Source: Camelus dromedarius (Eukaryota). Taken from it: a stretch of 64,000 nt of DNA. This document shows positions 7,501-21,400 of this stretch, one piece after another. The translations under genes were made by a program, and so were the position numbers. Each line of letters begins with the position of its first letter. Position 1 is the first letter of the stretch. The notes under the pieces are model-generated. The model searched no databases and had not been told where the DNA came from. It was given only the letters and a program-made list of their open reading frames with translations. The DNA is taken from positions 2,170,001 through 2,234,000 of the forward strand of contig NC_087437.1 in assembly GCF_036321535.1 (NCBI RefSeq). The letters are read 5' to 3'.

Positions 7501-10500
7501 CAGAGGCGGGGTGCCGTCTGCCTACCTGGTTCGGCGGCGGGGCCCGGGGAAGAGGGTGCCCCTGGTGAACCAGAGGATTTTCTCCCATGTCCCTAGCTGC
7601 CTTGCCTCTGGGCGGCCTCCGCTAACCCAAGTTCGCCGGACGCAAGCCTTTGAAGTCAGCCTGCTCCTGGGAGCCGGCGAGGTAAGGACAGGGGAAGTGG
7701 TCAGCGGCAGACACGGAGGCGGCCCAGAACGCAAGAGGGATGCCTCGGCGAGTCGGTCATTTTCCTACCATCCCCCCTCTCCTGGCCTCGGGGCGGCCTC
7801 TGCTACCGCAGGTGTGCGGCAATTAATTCTCCTTGTCAGCCAGGTCCTGGGAGTCTGTCCAGGTGAGCCCAAGGGACACGGACGTCGCGGGGAGCGGACT
7901 GCCTCGGGTTAGCCGATCAGTTTGCTCCCATCCCCACAAGCGCCTGGCCTGGGGGCGGCCTGTCCTGCGCCAGGTTCAGAGTATGCACGTTTCCAGCTCA
8001 GCCAGCCCACCCGAGGCCGGCGCGCTGTGATCAGGGTCTGCAATGAGAAGTCGGGGCTGACTCACCGAGCCCGTGTATTTGTTCAGATCTCCCTCTTGGC
8101 TGGTCCTGGGCTAGGCCTCTACTACCCTAGGTCCACGAGGTGCTCATCTCTGTGTTTTTCAGCTCCGGGGAAGCCAGTGCGGGGTGGTCAGGGGGCGGGG
8201 AGGGGGCGGGGCGGGGGCGGGGCGGGGGCAGCTACAGAGAGGGCTGAAGCGGGATGCACGGGCTGCCCAGGCAAGCCTGCGGATTTCCATCCAGTGTCCC
8301 CCTCGGCCTGCAATGCGGGCGCCCTCTGCTGCTTCAGGGTGGGAATTGGCATCCCTCCAGGTGGGTCGAGTACTGGGAGGCTTCCTCCTTTAGACAGACA
8401 GAGAGACAAATAAAGAGACAGACAGACACACTAGCCTCTTCATCCATTGAGAAACAGCCGTATATCCTAACCTCCTCCTCCTCATTCATTATATAGGTAG
8501 ACAGATACATATATAGACAGACACACACACACACATACACACACTAGCCTCTTCCTACTCCTCAATTAAGTAGGTAGAGAGACACACTAATCTCCTCCTC
8601 CTTTAGATAATACATAGACAAACTTAATACATTTTTCTCCTCCTCCATTAGATAGATGGAAAGTGAGATTGACCGATACACCCAGTAGCCGCTACCTTCT
8701 CCTGTTAGAGATACCGAGAGATAGCCAGACACATGGGATTATTTCTTCTTCTCCATTTGATATAGATAGAGACACACTCACAGACACACAGACAGACAGA
8801 CACACTACTCTTCTCCTGCTCTGACAGACAGAGAGATAGACACTCTAGCCTCCTCCTTCTTCTCGAATACATACAGCTGCATAGATAGATATCTCCTATA
8901 TAGACAGACAGACTTACTAGCTTACTCCTCGTCCATTCGATGCACACATAGACTGTTAGACAGACACAGTAGCCTCTTCCCCTCTTTGTTACACATACTT
9001 TGATAAAGAGACCCGCACGCACACACACACACACATACACACAGGCTAGCATCCTCCTCTTCCTCAAGTAGGTAGATAGGGAGATAGAAACACTAAATTC
9101 CTGCTCCGACAGACACACAAATAAAAAGACACACTTGCCTACTGCTGTGCCTGAACTACATAGGTCGATTTTTACACAGATTGATAGATACACAGATAGA
9201 TAGAGAGATAGATAGGTAGAGAGGCAGGCAAATGGAGAGACATAATTTTCGCCTCCTCCTCCAGTAGATATATAGACAGACACACACATAGTCTAGCCTC
9301 TCGCATCCTCCAATAGATAGACAATCAGCCAGGCAGTCAGACAGACTGACACACGTGAGGCGCTGTGCAGTTTGGGGTTGGGTTTCAGCGGCGTCCACCG
9401 TGGACAGTTGTGCCCCTGGCGAGTCATAGGATTTTATCCCATGTCCCTAGCTGCCTTGCCTGCGGGCGGCCCCCGCTCCCCCAAATTCGACGGACTGAAG
9501 CTTTCAAGTTAGCCTGCTCGTGGCAGCAGGCGTTGTAAGGAAAGTGGAAGAGGTGAGCGGCAGCTCCGGAAGCGGCAGAGCATCTAAGGGGGATGCCTCG
9601 GCGAATCGGTCATTTTCCTCCCATTTCCCCCTCTCCTGGCCTCGGGGCAGCCTCTGCTACCCCAGGAGTGCGGGATTTCGTTGTCCTTGTCAGCCAGGTC
9701 CTAGGAAGCTGTCGAGGTGTGCTCAGGGAACAGGGATGTCGCTTCTAGAGGACTGCCTCGGGTGAGCCGATCAGTTTGCTCCCATCTCCACAAGCGCCTG
9801 GCCTGGGGGCGGCCTCTCCTTCCCCAGGTTCCCAGTATGCATGTTTCCAGCTCAGCCTGTGCCCTTAGGCAGGCGCGGTGTTCTTAGGGGCTGCATTGAG
9901 GAGGCGGGGCTGCTCCACCGAGCCCGTGTATTTGCACAGATCTCCCCGTTGACCGGTCCTAGGGTTGGTCTCTGCTACCCTAGGTACACGATGTACACAT
10001 CTCGTTGTTTTCCGGCCCCCGGGAGGCAAGTGCGGGGTGGTCAGGGGGCGGGGGGGGGGGTGGCGTTGGCGCCTACACAGAGGGAGGAAGAGGGATGCAC
10101 GGGCTGTCCAGGGAAGCCTGTGGATTTCCATCCAGTGTCCCCCTCGGCGTGCAATGATGGCACCCTCTGCTGCTTCAGGGTGACAATTGGCATCCCTCCA
10201 GCTGGGCCTAATAAAGGGAGGCTTCCTCCATTAGACAGACAGAGAGACATATAAAGAGACAGACAGACACACTAGCCTCTTCATCCATTGAGAAACAGCC
10301 GTATATCCTAACCTCCTCCTCCTCATTCATTATATAGGTAGGCAGATACATATATAGACAGACACACACACACACATACACACACTAGCCTCTTCCTACT
10401 CCTCAATTATGTAGGTAGAGAGACACACTAATCTCCTCCTCCATTAGATAATACATAGACAAACTTAATACATTTTTCTCCTCCTCCATTAGATAGATGG

Positions 10501-12730
10501 AAAGTGAGATTGACCGATACACCCAGTAGCCGCTACCTTCTCCTGTTAGAGATACCGAGAGATAGCCAGACACATGGGATTATTTCTTCTTCTCCATTTG
10601 ATATAGATAGAGACACACTCACAGACACACAGACAGACAGACACACTACTCTTCTCCTGCTCTGACAGACAGAGAGATAGACACTCTAGCCTCCTCCTTC
10701 TTCTCGAATACATACAGCTGCATAGATAGATATCTCCTATATAGACAGACAGACTTACTAGCTTACTCCTCGTCCATTCGATGCACACATAGACTGTTAG
10801 ACAGACACAGTAGCCTCTTCCCCTCTTTGTTACACATACTTTGATAAAGAGACCCGCACGCACACACACACACACATACACACAGGCTAGCATCCTCCTC
10901 TTCCTCAAGTAGGTAGATAGGGAGATAGAAACACTAAATTCCTGCTCCGACAGACACACAAATAAAAAGACACACTTGCCTACTGCTGTGCCTGAACTAC
11001 ATAGGTCGATTTTTACACAGATTGATAGATACACAGATAGATAGAGAGATAGATAGGTAGAGAGGCAGGCAAATGGAGAGACATAATTTTCGCCTCCTCC
11101 TCCAGTAGATATATAGACAGACACACACATAGTCTAGCCTCTCGCATCCTCCAATAGATAGACAATCAGCCAGGCAGTCAGACAGACTGACACACGTGAG
11201 GCGCTGTGCAGTTTGGGGTTGGGTTTCAGCGGCGTCCACCGGGGACAGTTGTGCCCCTGGCGAGTCATAGGATTTTATCCCATGTCCCTAGCTGCCTTGC
11301 CTGCGGGCGGCCCCCGCTCCCCCAAATTCGACGAACTGAAGCTTTCAAGTTAGCCTGCTCGTGGCAGCAGGCGTTGTAAGGAAAGTGGAAGAGGTCAGCG
11401 GCAGCTCCGGAAGCGGCAGAGCATCTAAGGGGGATGCCTTGGCGAATCGGTCATTTTCCTCCCATTTCCCCCTCTCCTGGCCTCGGGGCAGCCTCTGCTA
11501 CCGCAGGAGTGCGGGATTTCGTTGTCCTTCTCAGCCAGGTCCTAGGAAGCTGTCGAGGTGTGCTCAGGGAACAGGGATTTTACTTCTAGAGGACTGCCTC
11601 GGGTGAGCCGATCAGTTTGCTCCCATCTCCAAAAGCGCCTGGCCTGGGGGCGGCCTCTCCTTCCCCAGGTTCCCAGTATGCATGTTTCCAGCTCAGCCTG
11701 TGCCCTTAGGCAGGCGCGGTGTTCTTAGGGGCTGCATTGAGGAGGCGGGGCTGCTCCACCGAGCCCGTGTATTTGCACAGATCTCCCCGTTGACCGGTCC
11801 TAGGGTTGGTCTCTGCTACCCTAGTTACACGATGTACACATCTCGGTGTTTTCCGGCTCCCGGGAGGCAAGTGCGGGGTGGTCAGGGGGCGGGGTGGGGG
11901 GTTGGAGTGGCGGTGGCGCCTACACAGAGGGAAGAAGAGGGATGCACGGGCTGTCCAGGGAAGCCTGTGGATTTCCATCCAGTGTCCCCCTCGGCGTGCA
12001 ATAAGGGCGCCCTCTGCTGCTTCAGGGTGGGATTTGGCAACCCTCCAGCTGGGCCTAATAAAGGGAGGCTTCCTCCATTAGAGAGAGAGACATAAAATAG
12101 ACAGACAGACACACTAGCCTCTTCCTCCATTTAGAAACACCCATATGTCTTAACCTTCTCCTCCTAATCCATTATATAGGTAGACAGATACATACATAGA
12201 CAGACAGACAGACAGACACACACACACACACAAACCCAAACCCACACACAACCTTCCCTCCTACCAGTCCTCAATTAAGTAGGTAGAGAGACACACTAAT
12301 CGCCTTCTCCATTAGATAATAAACAGACAAACGGTATAGACTATTTCTACTCCTCATTTAGATAGATGGAATGTGAGACTGACGCATTCACACACTAGCC
12401 TCTACCTTCTCCTGTTAGAGAGACAGACAGATAGCCAGACTCATGAAATCCTCCATCTTCTCCATTAGATATACATAGAGAAATCTCTAAGATGCACAGT
12501 GAGACAAACACTAGTCTTCTCCTCCTCTGACAGGCCGAGGGATAGATAATCAAGCCTCCTCATTCTTTTCCATTAGGTATAGTTACATACATACATATCT
12601 GATAATAGACAGCCAGACAGACATACTAGCCTACTCTTCCTCCATCAGATACATACATAGACTGATAGACAGATACAGTAGGCTCCTCCCCCTTTAGATA
12701 CAGATACATAGATAGACATCCCCACGAGCC

Positions 12731-12771
<41 letters not shown>

Positions 12772-12930
12772 GCCTTCTCCTCTTCCTCAAAGAGCTAGAT
12801 AGTTATATAGACACACTAAAATTCTACTCCAACAGACAGAATTTTAAATGACACACTATCTTACTGCTATGCCTCCCCACATAGATAGATAGCTAGCCAG
12901 ATCGATAGAGAGGCAGGCAAATAGAGAGTC
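7388..12930. repeat. HOR2, A-B-C (5543 bp)
   Basis: Anchor spacing; marker ORFs at 7511, 9520 and 11361. Confidence 0.97.
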
Positions 12931-15900
12931 ATACTAGTCGCCTCCTCCTCCGTTGGAGAGACGGACAGACACACACATAGTCTAGCTTCAACCATCCTCC
13001 AATAGATAGTCATTCAGGCAAGCAGTCAAACAGACAGACACACCAGAGGCGGGGTGCCGTCTGCCTACCTGGTTCGGCGGCGGGGCCCGGGGAAGAGGGT
13101 GCCCCTGGTGAACCAGAGGATTTTCTCCCATGTCCCTAGCTGCCTTGCCTCTGGGCGGCCTCCGCTAACCCAAGTTCGCCGGACGCAAGCCTTTGAAGTC
13201 AGCCTGCTCCTGGGAGCCGGCGAGGTAAGGACAGGGGAAGTGGTCAGCGGCAGACACGGAGGCGGCCCAGAACGCAAGAGGGATGCCTCGGCGAGTCGGT
13301 CATTTTCCTACCATCCCCCCTCTCCTGGCCTCGGGGCGGCCTCTGCTACCGCAGGTGTGCGGCAATTAATTCTCCTTGTCAGCCAGGTCCTGGGAGTCTG
13401 TCCAGGTGAGCCCAAGGGACACGGACGTCGCGGGGAGCGGACTGCCTCGGGTTAGCCGATCAGTTTGCTCCCATCCCCACAAGCGCCTGGCCTGGGGGCG
13501 GCCTGTCCTGCGCCAGGTTCAGAGTATGCACGTTTCCAGCTCAGCCAGCCCACCCGAGGCCGGCGCGCTGTGATCAGGGTCTGCAATGAGAAGTCGGGGC
13601 TGACTCACCGAGCCCGTGTATTTGTTCAGATCTCCCTCTTGGCTGGTCCTGGGCTAGGCCTCTACTACCCTAGGTCCACGAGGTGCTCATCTCTGTGTTT
13701 TTCAGCTCCGGGGAAGCCAGTGCGGGGTGGTCAGGGGGCGGGGAGGGGGCGGGGCGGGGGCGGGGCGGGGGCAGCTACAGAGAGGGCTGAAGCGGGATGC
13801 ACGGGCTGCCCAGGCAAGCCTGCGGAATTCCATCCAGTGTCCCCCTCGGCCTGCAATGCGGGCGCCCTCTGCTGCTTCAGGGTGGCAATTGGCATCCCTC
13901 CAGGTGGGTCGAGTACTGGGAGGCTTCCTCCTTTAGACAGACAGAGAGACAAATAAAGAGACAGACAGACACACTAGCCTCTTCATCCATTGAGAAACAG
14001 CCGTATATCCTAACCTCCTCCTCCTCATTCATTATATAGGTAGACAGATACATATATAGACAGACACACACACACACATACACACACTAGCCTCTTCCTA
14101 CTCCTCAATTAAGTAGGTAGAGAGACACACTAATCTCCTCCTCCTTTAGATAATACATAGACAAACTTAATACATTTTTCTCCTCCTCCATTAGATAGAT
14201 GGAAAGTGAGATTGACCGATACACCCAGTAGCCGCTACCTTCTCCTGTTAGAGATACCGAGAGATAGCCAGACACATGGGATTATTTCTTCTTCTCCATT
14301 TGATATAGATAGAGACACACTCACAGACACACAGACAGACAGACACACTACTCTTCTCCTGCTCTGACAGACAGAGAGATAGACACTCTAGCCTCCTCCT
14401 TCTTCTCGAATACATACAGCTGCATAGATAGATATCTCCTATATAGACAGACAGACTTACTAGCTTACTCCTCGTCCATTCGATGCACACATAGACTGTT
14501 AGACAGACACAGTAGCCTCTTCCCCTCTTTGTTACACATACTTTGATAAAGAGACCCGCACGCACACACACACACACATACACACAGGCTAGCATCCTCC
14601 TCTTCCTCAAGTAGGTAGATAGGGAGATAGAAACACTAAATTCCTGCTCCGACAGACACACAAATAAAAAGACACACTTGCCTACTGCTGTGCCTGAACT
14701 ACATAGGTCGATTTTTACACAGATTGATAGATACACAGATAGATAGAGAGATAGATAGGTAGAGAGGCAGGCAAATGGAGAGACATAATTTTCGCCTCCT
14801 CATCCAGTAGATATATAGACAGACACACACATAGTCTAGCCTCTCGCATCCTCCAATAGATAGACAATCAGCCAGGCAGTCAGACAGACTGACACACGTG
14901 AGGCGCTGTGCAGTTTGGGGTTGGGTTTCAGCGGCGTCCACCGTGGACAGTTGTGCCCCTGGCGAGTCATAGGATTTTATCCCATGTCCCTAGCTGCCTT
15001 GCCTGCGGGCGGCCCCCGCTCCCCCAAATTCGACGGACTGAAGCTTTCAAGTTAGCCTGCTCGTGGCAGCAGGCGTTGTAAGGAAAGTGGAAGAGGTGAG
15101 CGGCAGCTCCGGAAGCGGCAGAGCATCTAAGGGGGATGCCTCGGCGAATCGGTCATTTTCCTCCCATTTCCCCCTCTCCTGGCCTCGGGGCAGCCTCTGC
15201 TACCCCAGGAGTGCGGGATTTCGTTGTCCTTGTCAGCCAGGTCCTAGGAAGCTGTCGAGGTGTGCTCAGGGAACAGGGATGTCGCTTCTAGAGGACTGCC
15301 TCGGGTGAGCCGATCAGTTTGCTCCCATCTCCACAAGCGCCTGGCCTGGGGGCGGCCTCTCCTTCCCCAGGTTCCCAGTATGCATGTTTCCAGCTCAGCC
15401 TGTGCCCTTAGGCAGGCGCGGTGTTCTTAGGGGCTGCATTGAGGAGGCGGGGCTGCTCCACCGAGCCCGTGTATTTGCACAGATCTCCCCGTTGACCGGT
15501 CCTAGGGTTGGTCTCTGCTACCCTAGGTACACGATGTACACATCTCGTTGTTTTCCGGCCCCCGGGAGGCAAGTGCGGGGTGGTCAGGGGGCGGGGGGGG
15601 GGGTGGCGTTGGCGCCTACACAGAGGGAGGAAGAGGGATGCACGGGCTGTCCAGGGAAGCCTGTGGATTTCCATCCAGTGTCCCCCTCGGCGTGCAATGA
15701 TGGCACCCTCTGCTGCTTCAGGGTGACAATTGGCATCCCTCCAGCTGGGCCTAATAAAGGGAGGCTTCCTCCATTAGACAGACAGAGAGACATATAAAGA
15801 GACAGACAGACACACTAGCCTCTTCATCCATTGAGAAACAGCCGTATATCCTAACCTCCTCCTCCTCATTCATTATATAGGTAGGCAGATACATATATAG

Positions 15901-18273
15901 ACAGACACACACACACACATACACACACTAGCCTCTTCCTACTCCTCAATTATGTAGGTAGAGAGACACACTAATCTCCTCCTCCATTAGATAATACATA
16001 GACAAACTTAATACATTTTTCTCCTCCTCCATTAGATAGATGGAAAGTGAGATTGACCGATACACCCAGTAGCCGCTACCTTCTCCTGTTAGAGATACCG
16101 AGAGATAGCCAGACACATGGGATTATTTCTTCTTCTCCATTTGATATAGATAGAGACACACTCACAGACACACAGACAGACAGACACACTACTCTTCTCC
16201 TGCTCTGACAGACAGAGAGATAGACACTCTAGCCTCCTCCTTCTTCTCGAATACATACAGCTGCATAGATAGATATCTCCTATATAGACAGACAGACTTA
16301 CTAGCTTACTCCTCGTCCATTCGATGCACACATAGACTGTTAGACAGACACAGTAGCCTCTTCCCCTCTTTGTTACACATACTTTGATAAAGAGACCCGC
16401 ACGCACACACACACACACATACACACAGGCTAGCATCCTCCTCTTCCTCAAGTAGGTAGATAGGGAGATAGAAACACTAAATTCCTGCTCCGACAGACAC
16501 ACAAATAAAAAGACACACTTGCCTACTGCTGTGCCTGAACTACATAGGTCGATTTTTACACAGATTGATAGATACACAGATAGATAGAGAGATAGATAGG
16601 TAGAGAGGCAGGCAAATGGAGAGACATAATTTTCGCCTCCTCCTCCAGTAGATATATAGACAGACACACACATAGTCTAGCCTCTCGCATCCTCCAATAG
16701 ATAGACAATCAGCCAGGCAGTCAGACAGACTGACACACGTGAGGCGCTGTGCAGTTTGGGGTTGGGTTTCAGCGGCGTCCACCGGGGACAGTTGTGCCCC
16801 TGGCGAGTCATAGGATTTTATCCCATGTCCCTAGCTGCCTTGCCTGCGGGCGGCCCCCGCTCCCCCAAATTCGACGAACTGAAGCTTTCAAGTTAGCCTG
16901 CTCGTGGCAGCAGGCGTTGTAAGGAAAGTGGAAGAGGTCAGCGGCAGCTCCGGAAGCGGCAGAGCATCTAAGGGGGATGCCTTGGCGAATCGGTCATTTT
17001 CCTCCCATTTCCCCCTCTCCTGGCCTCGGGGCAGCCTCTGCTACCGCAGGAGTGCGGGATTTCGTTGTCCTTCTCAGCCAGGTCCTAGGAAGCTGTCGAG
17101 GTGTGCTCAGGGAACAGGGATTTTACTTCTAGAGGACTGCCTCGGGTGAGCCGATCAGTTTGCTCCCATCTCCAAAAGCGCCTGGCCTGGGGGCGGCCTC
17201 TCCTTCCCCAGGTTCCCAGTATGCATGTTTCCAGCTCAGCCTGTGCCCTTAGGCAGGCGCGGTGTTCTTAGGGGCTGCATTGAGGAGGCGGGGCTGCTCC
17301 ACCGAGCCCGTGTATTTGCACAGATCTCCCCGTTGACCGGTCCTAGGGTTGGTCTCTGCTACCCTAGTTACACGATGTACACATCTCGGTGTTTTCCGGC
17401 TCCCGGGAGGCAAGTGCGGGGTGGTCAGGGGGCGGGGTGGGGGGTTGGAGTGGCGGTGGCGCCTACACAGAGGGAAGAAGAGGGATGCACGGGCTGTCCA
17501 GGGAAGCCTGTGGATTTCCATCCAGTGTCCCCCTCGGCGTGCAATAAGGGCGCCCTCTGCTGCTTCAGGGTGGGATTTGGCAACCCTCCAGCTGGGCCTA
17601 ATAAAGGGAGGCTTCCTCCATTAGAGAGAGAGACATAAAATAGACAGACAGACACACTAGCCTCTTCCTCCATTTAGAAACACCCATATGTCTTAACCTT
17701 CTCCTCCTAATCCATTATATAGGTAGACAGATACATACATAGACAGACAGACAGACAGACACACACACACACACAAACCCAAACCCACACACAACCTTCC
17801 CTCCTACCAGTCCTCAATTAAGTAGGTAGAGAGACACACTAATCGCCTTCTCCATTAGATAATAAACAGACAAACGGTATAGACTATTTCTACTCCTCAT
17901 TTAGATAGATGGAATGTGAGACTGACGCATTCACACACTAGCCTCTACCTTCTCCTGTTAGAGAGACAGACAGATAGCCAGACTCATGAAATCCTCCATC
18001 TTCTCCATTAGATATACATAGAGAAATCTCTAAGATGCACAGTGAGACAAACACTAGTCTTCTCCTCCTCTGACAGGCCGAGGGATAGATAATCAAGCCT
18101 CCTCATTCTTTTCCATTAGGTATAGTTACATACATACATATCTGATAATAGACAGCCAGACAGACATACTAGCCTACTCTTCCTCCATCAGATACATACA
18201 TAGACTGATAGACAGATACAGTAGGCTCCTCCCCCTTTAGATACAGATACATAGATAGACATCCCCACGAGCC

Positions 18274-18314
<41 letters not shown>

Positions 18315-18473
18315 GCCTTCTCCTCTTCCTCAAAGAGCTAGATAGTTATATAGACACACTAAAATTCTACTCCAACAGACAGAATTTTAAATGACACACT
18401 ATCTTACTGCTATGCCTCCCCACATAGATAGATAGCTAGCCAGATCGATAGAGAGGCAGGCAAATAGAGAGTC
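12931..18473. repeat. HOR3, A-B-C (5543 bp)
   Basis: Anchor spacing; carries the rare 'cctcatcc' SNP at 14802. Confidence 0.97.
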
Positions 18474-21400
18474 ATACTAGTCGCCTCCTCCTCCGTTGGA
18501 GAGACGGACAGACACACACATAGTCTAGCTTCAACCATCCTCCAATAGATAGTCATTCAGGCAAGCAGTCAAACAGACAGACACACCAGAGGCGGGGTGC
18601 CGTCTGCCTACCTGGTTCGGCGGCGGGGCCCGGGGAAGAGGGTGCCCCTGGTGAACCAGAGGATTTTCTCCCATGTCCCTAGCTGCCTTGCCTCTGGGCG
18701 GCCTCCGCTAACCCAAGTTCGCCGGACGCAAGCCTTTGAAGTCAGCCTGCTCCTGGGAGCCGGCGAGGTAAGGACAGGGGAAGTGGTCAGCGGCAGACAC
18801 GGAGGCGGCCCAGAACGCAAGAGGGATGCCTCGGCGAGTCGGTCATTTTCCTACCATCCCCCCTCTCCTGGCCTCGGGGCGGCCTCTGCTACCGCAGGTG
18901 TGCGGCAATTAATTCTCCTTGTCAGCCAGGTCCTGGGAGTCTGTCCAGGTGAGCCCAAGGGACACGGACGTCGCGGGGAGCGGACTGCCTCGGGTTAGCC
19001 GATCAGTTTGCTCCCATCCCCACAAGCGCCTGGCCTGGGGGCGGCCTGTCCTGCGCCAGGTTCAGAGTATGCACGTTTCCAGCTCAGCCAGCCCACCCGA
19101 GGCCGGCGCGCTGTGATCAGGGTCTGCAATGAGAAGTCGGGGCTGACTCACCGAGCCCGTGTATTTGTTCAGATCTCCCTCTTGGCTGGTCCTGGGCTAG
19201 GCCTCTACTACCCTAGGTCCACGAGGTGCTCATCTCTGTGTTTTTCAGCTCCGGGGAAGCGAGTGCGGGGTGGTCAGGGGGCGGGGAGGGGGCGGGGCGG
19301 GGGCGGGGCGGGGGCAGCTACAGAGAGGGCTGAAGCGGGATGCACGGGCTGCCCAGGCAAGCCTGCGGAATTCCATCCAGTGTCCCCCTCGGCCTGCAAT
19401 GCGGGCGCCCTCTGCTGCTTCAGGGTGGCAATTGGCATCCCTCCAGGTGGGTCGAGTACTGGGAGGCTTCCTCCTTTAGACAGACAGAGAGACAAATAAA
19501 GAGACAGACAGACACACTAGCCTCTTCATCCATTGAGAAACAGCCGTATATCCTAACCTCCTCCTCCTCATTCATTATATAGGTAGACAGATACATATAT
19601 AGACAGACACACACACACACATACACACACTAGCCTCTTCCTACTCCTCAATTAAGTAGGTAGAGAGACACACTAATCTCCTCCTCCTTTAGATAATACA
19701 TAGACAAACTTAATACATTTTTCTCCTCCTCCATTAGATAGATGGAAAGTGAGATTGACCGATACACCCAGTAGCCGCTACCTTCTCCTGTTAGAGATAC
19801 CGAGAGATAGCCAGACACATGGGATTATTTCTTCTTCTCCATTTGATATAGATAGAGACACACTCACAGACACACAGACAGACAGACACACTACTCTTCT
19901 CCTGCTCTGACAGACAGAGAGATAGACACTCTAGCCTCCTCCTTCTTCTCGAATACATACAGCTGCATAGATAGATATCTCCTATATAGACAGACAGACT
20001 TACTAGCTTACTCCTCGTCCATTCGATGCACACATAGACTGTTAGACAGACACAGTAGCCTCTTCCCCTCTTTGTTACACATACTTTGATAAAGAGACCC
20101 GCACGCACACACACACACACATACACACAGGCTAGCATCCTCCTCTTCCTCAAGTAGGTAGATAGGGAGATAGAAACACTAAATTCCTGCTCCGACAGAC
20201 ACACAAATAAAAAGACACACTTGCCTACTGCTGTGCCTGAACTACATAGGTCGATTTTTACACAGATTGATAGATACACAGATAGATAGAGAGATAGATA
20301 GGTAGAGAGGCAGGCAAATGGAGAGACATAATTTTCGCCTCCTCCTCCAGTAGATATATAGACAGACACACACATAGTCTAGCCTCTCGCATCCTCCAAT
20401 AGATAGACAATCAGCCAGGCAGTCAGACAGACTGACACACGTGAGGCGCTGTGCAGTTTGGGGTTGGGTTTCAGCGGCGTCCACCGTGGACAGTTGTGCC
20501 CCTGGCGAGTCATAGGATTTTATCCCATGTCCCTAGCTGCCTTGCCTGCGGGCGGCCCCCGCTCCCCCAAATTCGACGGACTGAAGCTTTCAAGTTAGCC
20601 TGCTCGTGGCAGCAGGCGTTGTAAGGAAAGTGGAAGAGGTGAGCGGCAGCTCCGGAAGCGGCAGAGCATCTAAGGGGGATGCCTCGGCGAATCGGTCATT
20701 TTCCTCCCATTTCCCCCTCTCCTGGCCTCGGGGCAGCCTCTGCTACCCCAGGAGTGCGGGATTTCGTTGTCCTTGTCAGCCAGGTCCTAGGAAGCTGTCG
20801 AGGTGTGCTCAGGGAACAGGGATGTCGCTTCTAGAGGACTGCCTCGGGTGAGCCGATCAGTTTGCTCCCATCTCCACAAGCGCCTGGCCTGGGGGCGGCC
20901 TCTCCTTCCCCAGGTTCCCAGTATGCATGTTTCCAGCTCAGCCTGTGCCCTTAGGCAGGCGCGGTGTTCTTAGGGGCTGCATTGAGGAGGCGGGGCTGCT
21001 CCACCGAGCCCGTGTATTTGCACAGATCTCCCCGTTGACCGGTCCTAGGGTTGGTCTCTGCTACCCTAGGTACACGATATACACATCTCGTTGTTTTCCG
21101 GCCCCCGGGAGGCAAGTGCGGGGTGGTCAGGGGGCGGGGGGGGGGGGTGGCGTTGGCGCCTACACAGAGGGAGGAAGAGGGATGCACGGGCTGTCCAGGG
21201 AAGCCTGTGGATTTCCATCCAGTGTCCCCCTCGGCGTGCAATGATGGCACCCTCTGCTGCTTCAGGGTGACAATTGGCATCCCTCCAGCTGGGCCTAATA
21301 AAGGGAGGCTTCCTCCATTAGACAGACAGAGAGACATATAAAGAGACAGACAGACACACTAGCCTCTTCATCCATTGAGAAACAGCCGTATATCCTAACC

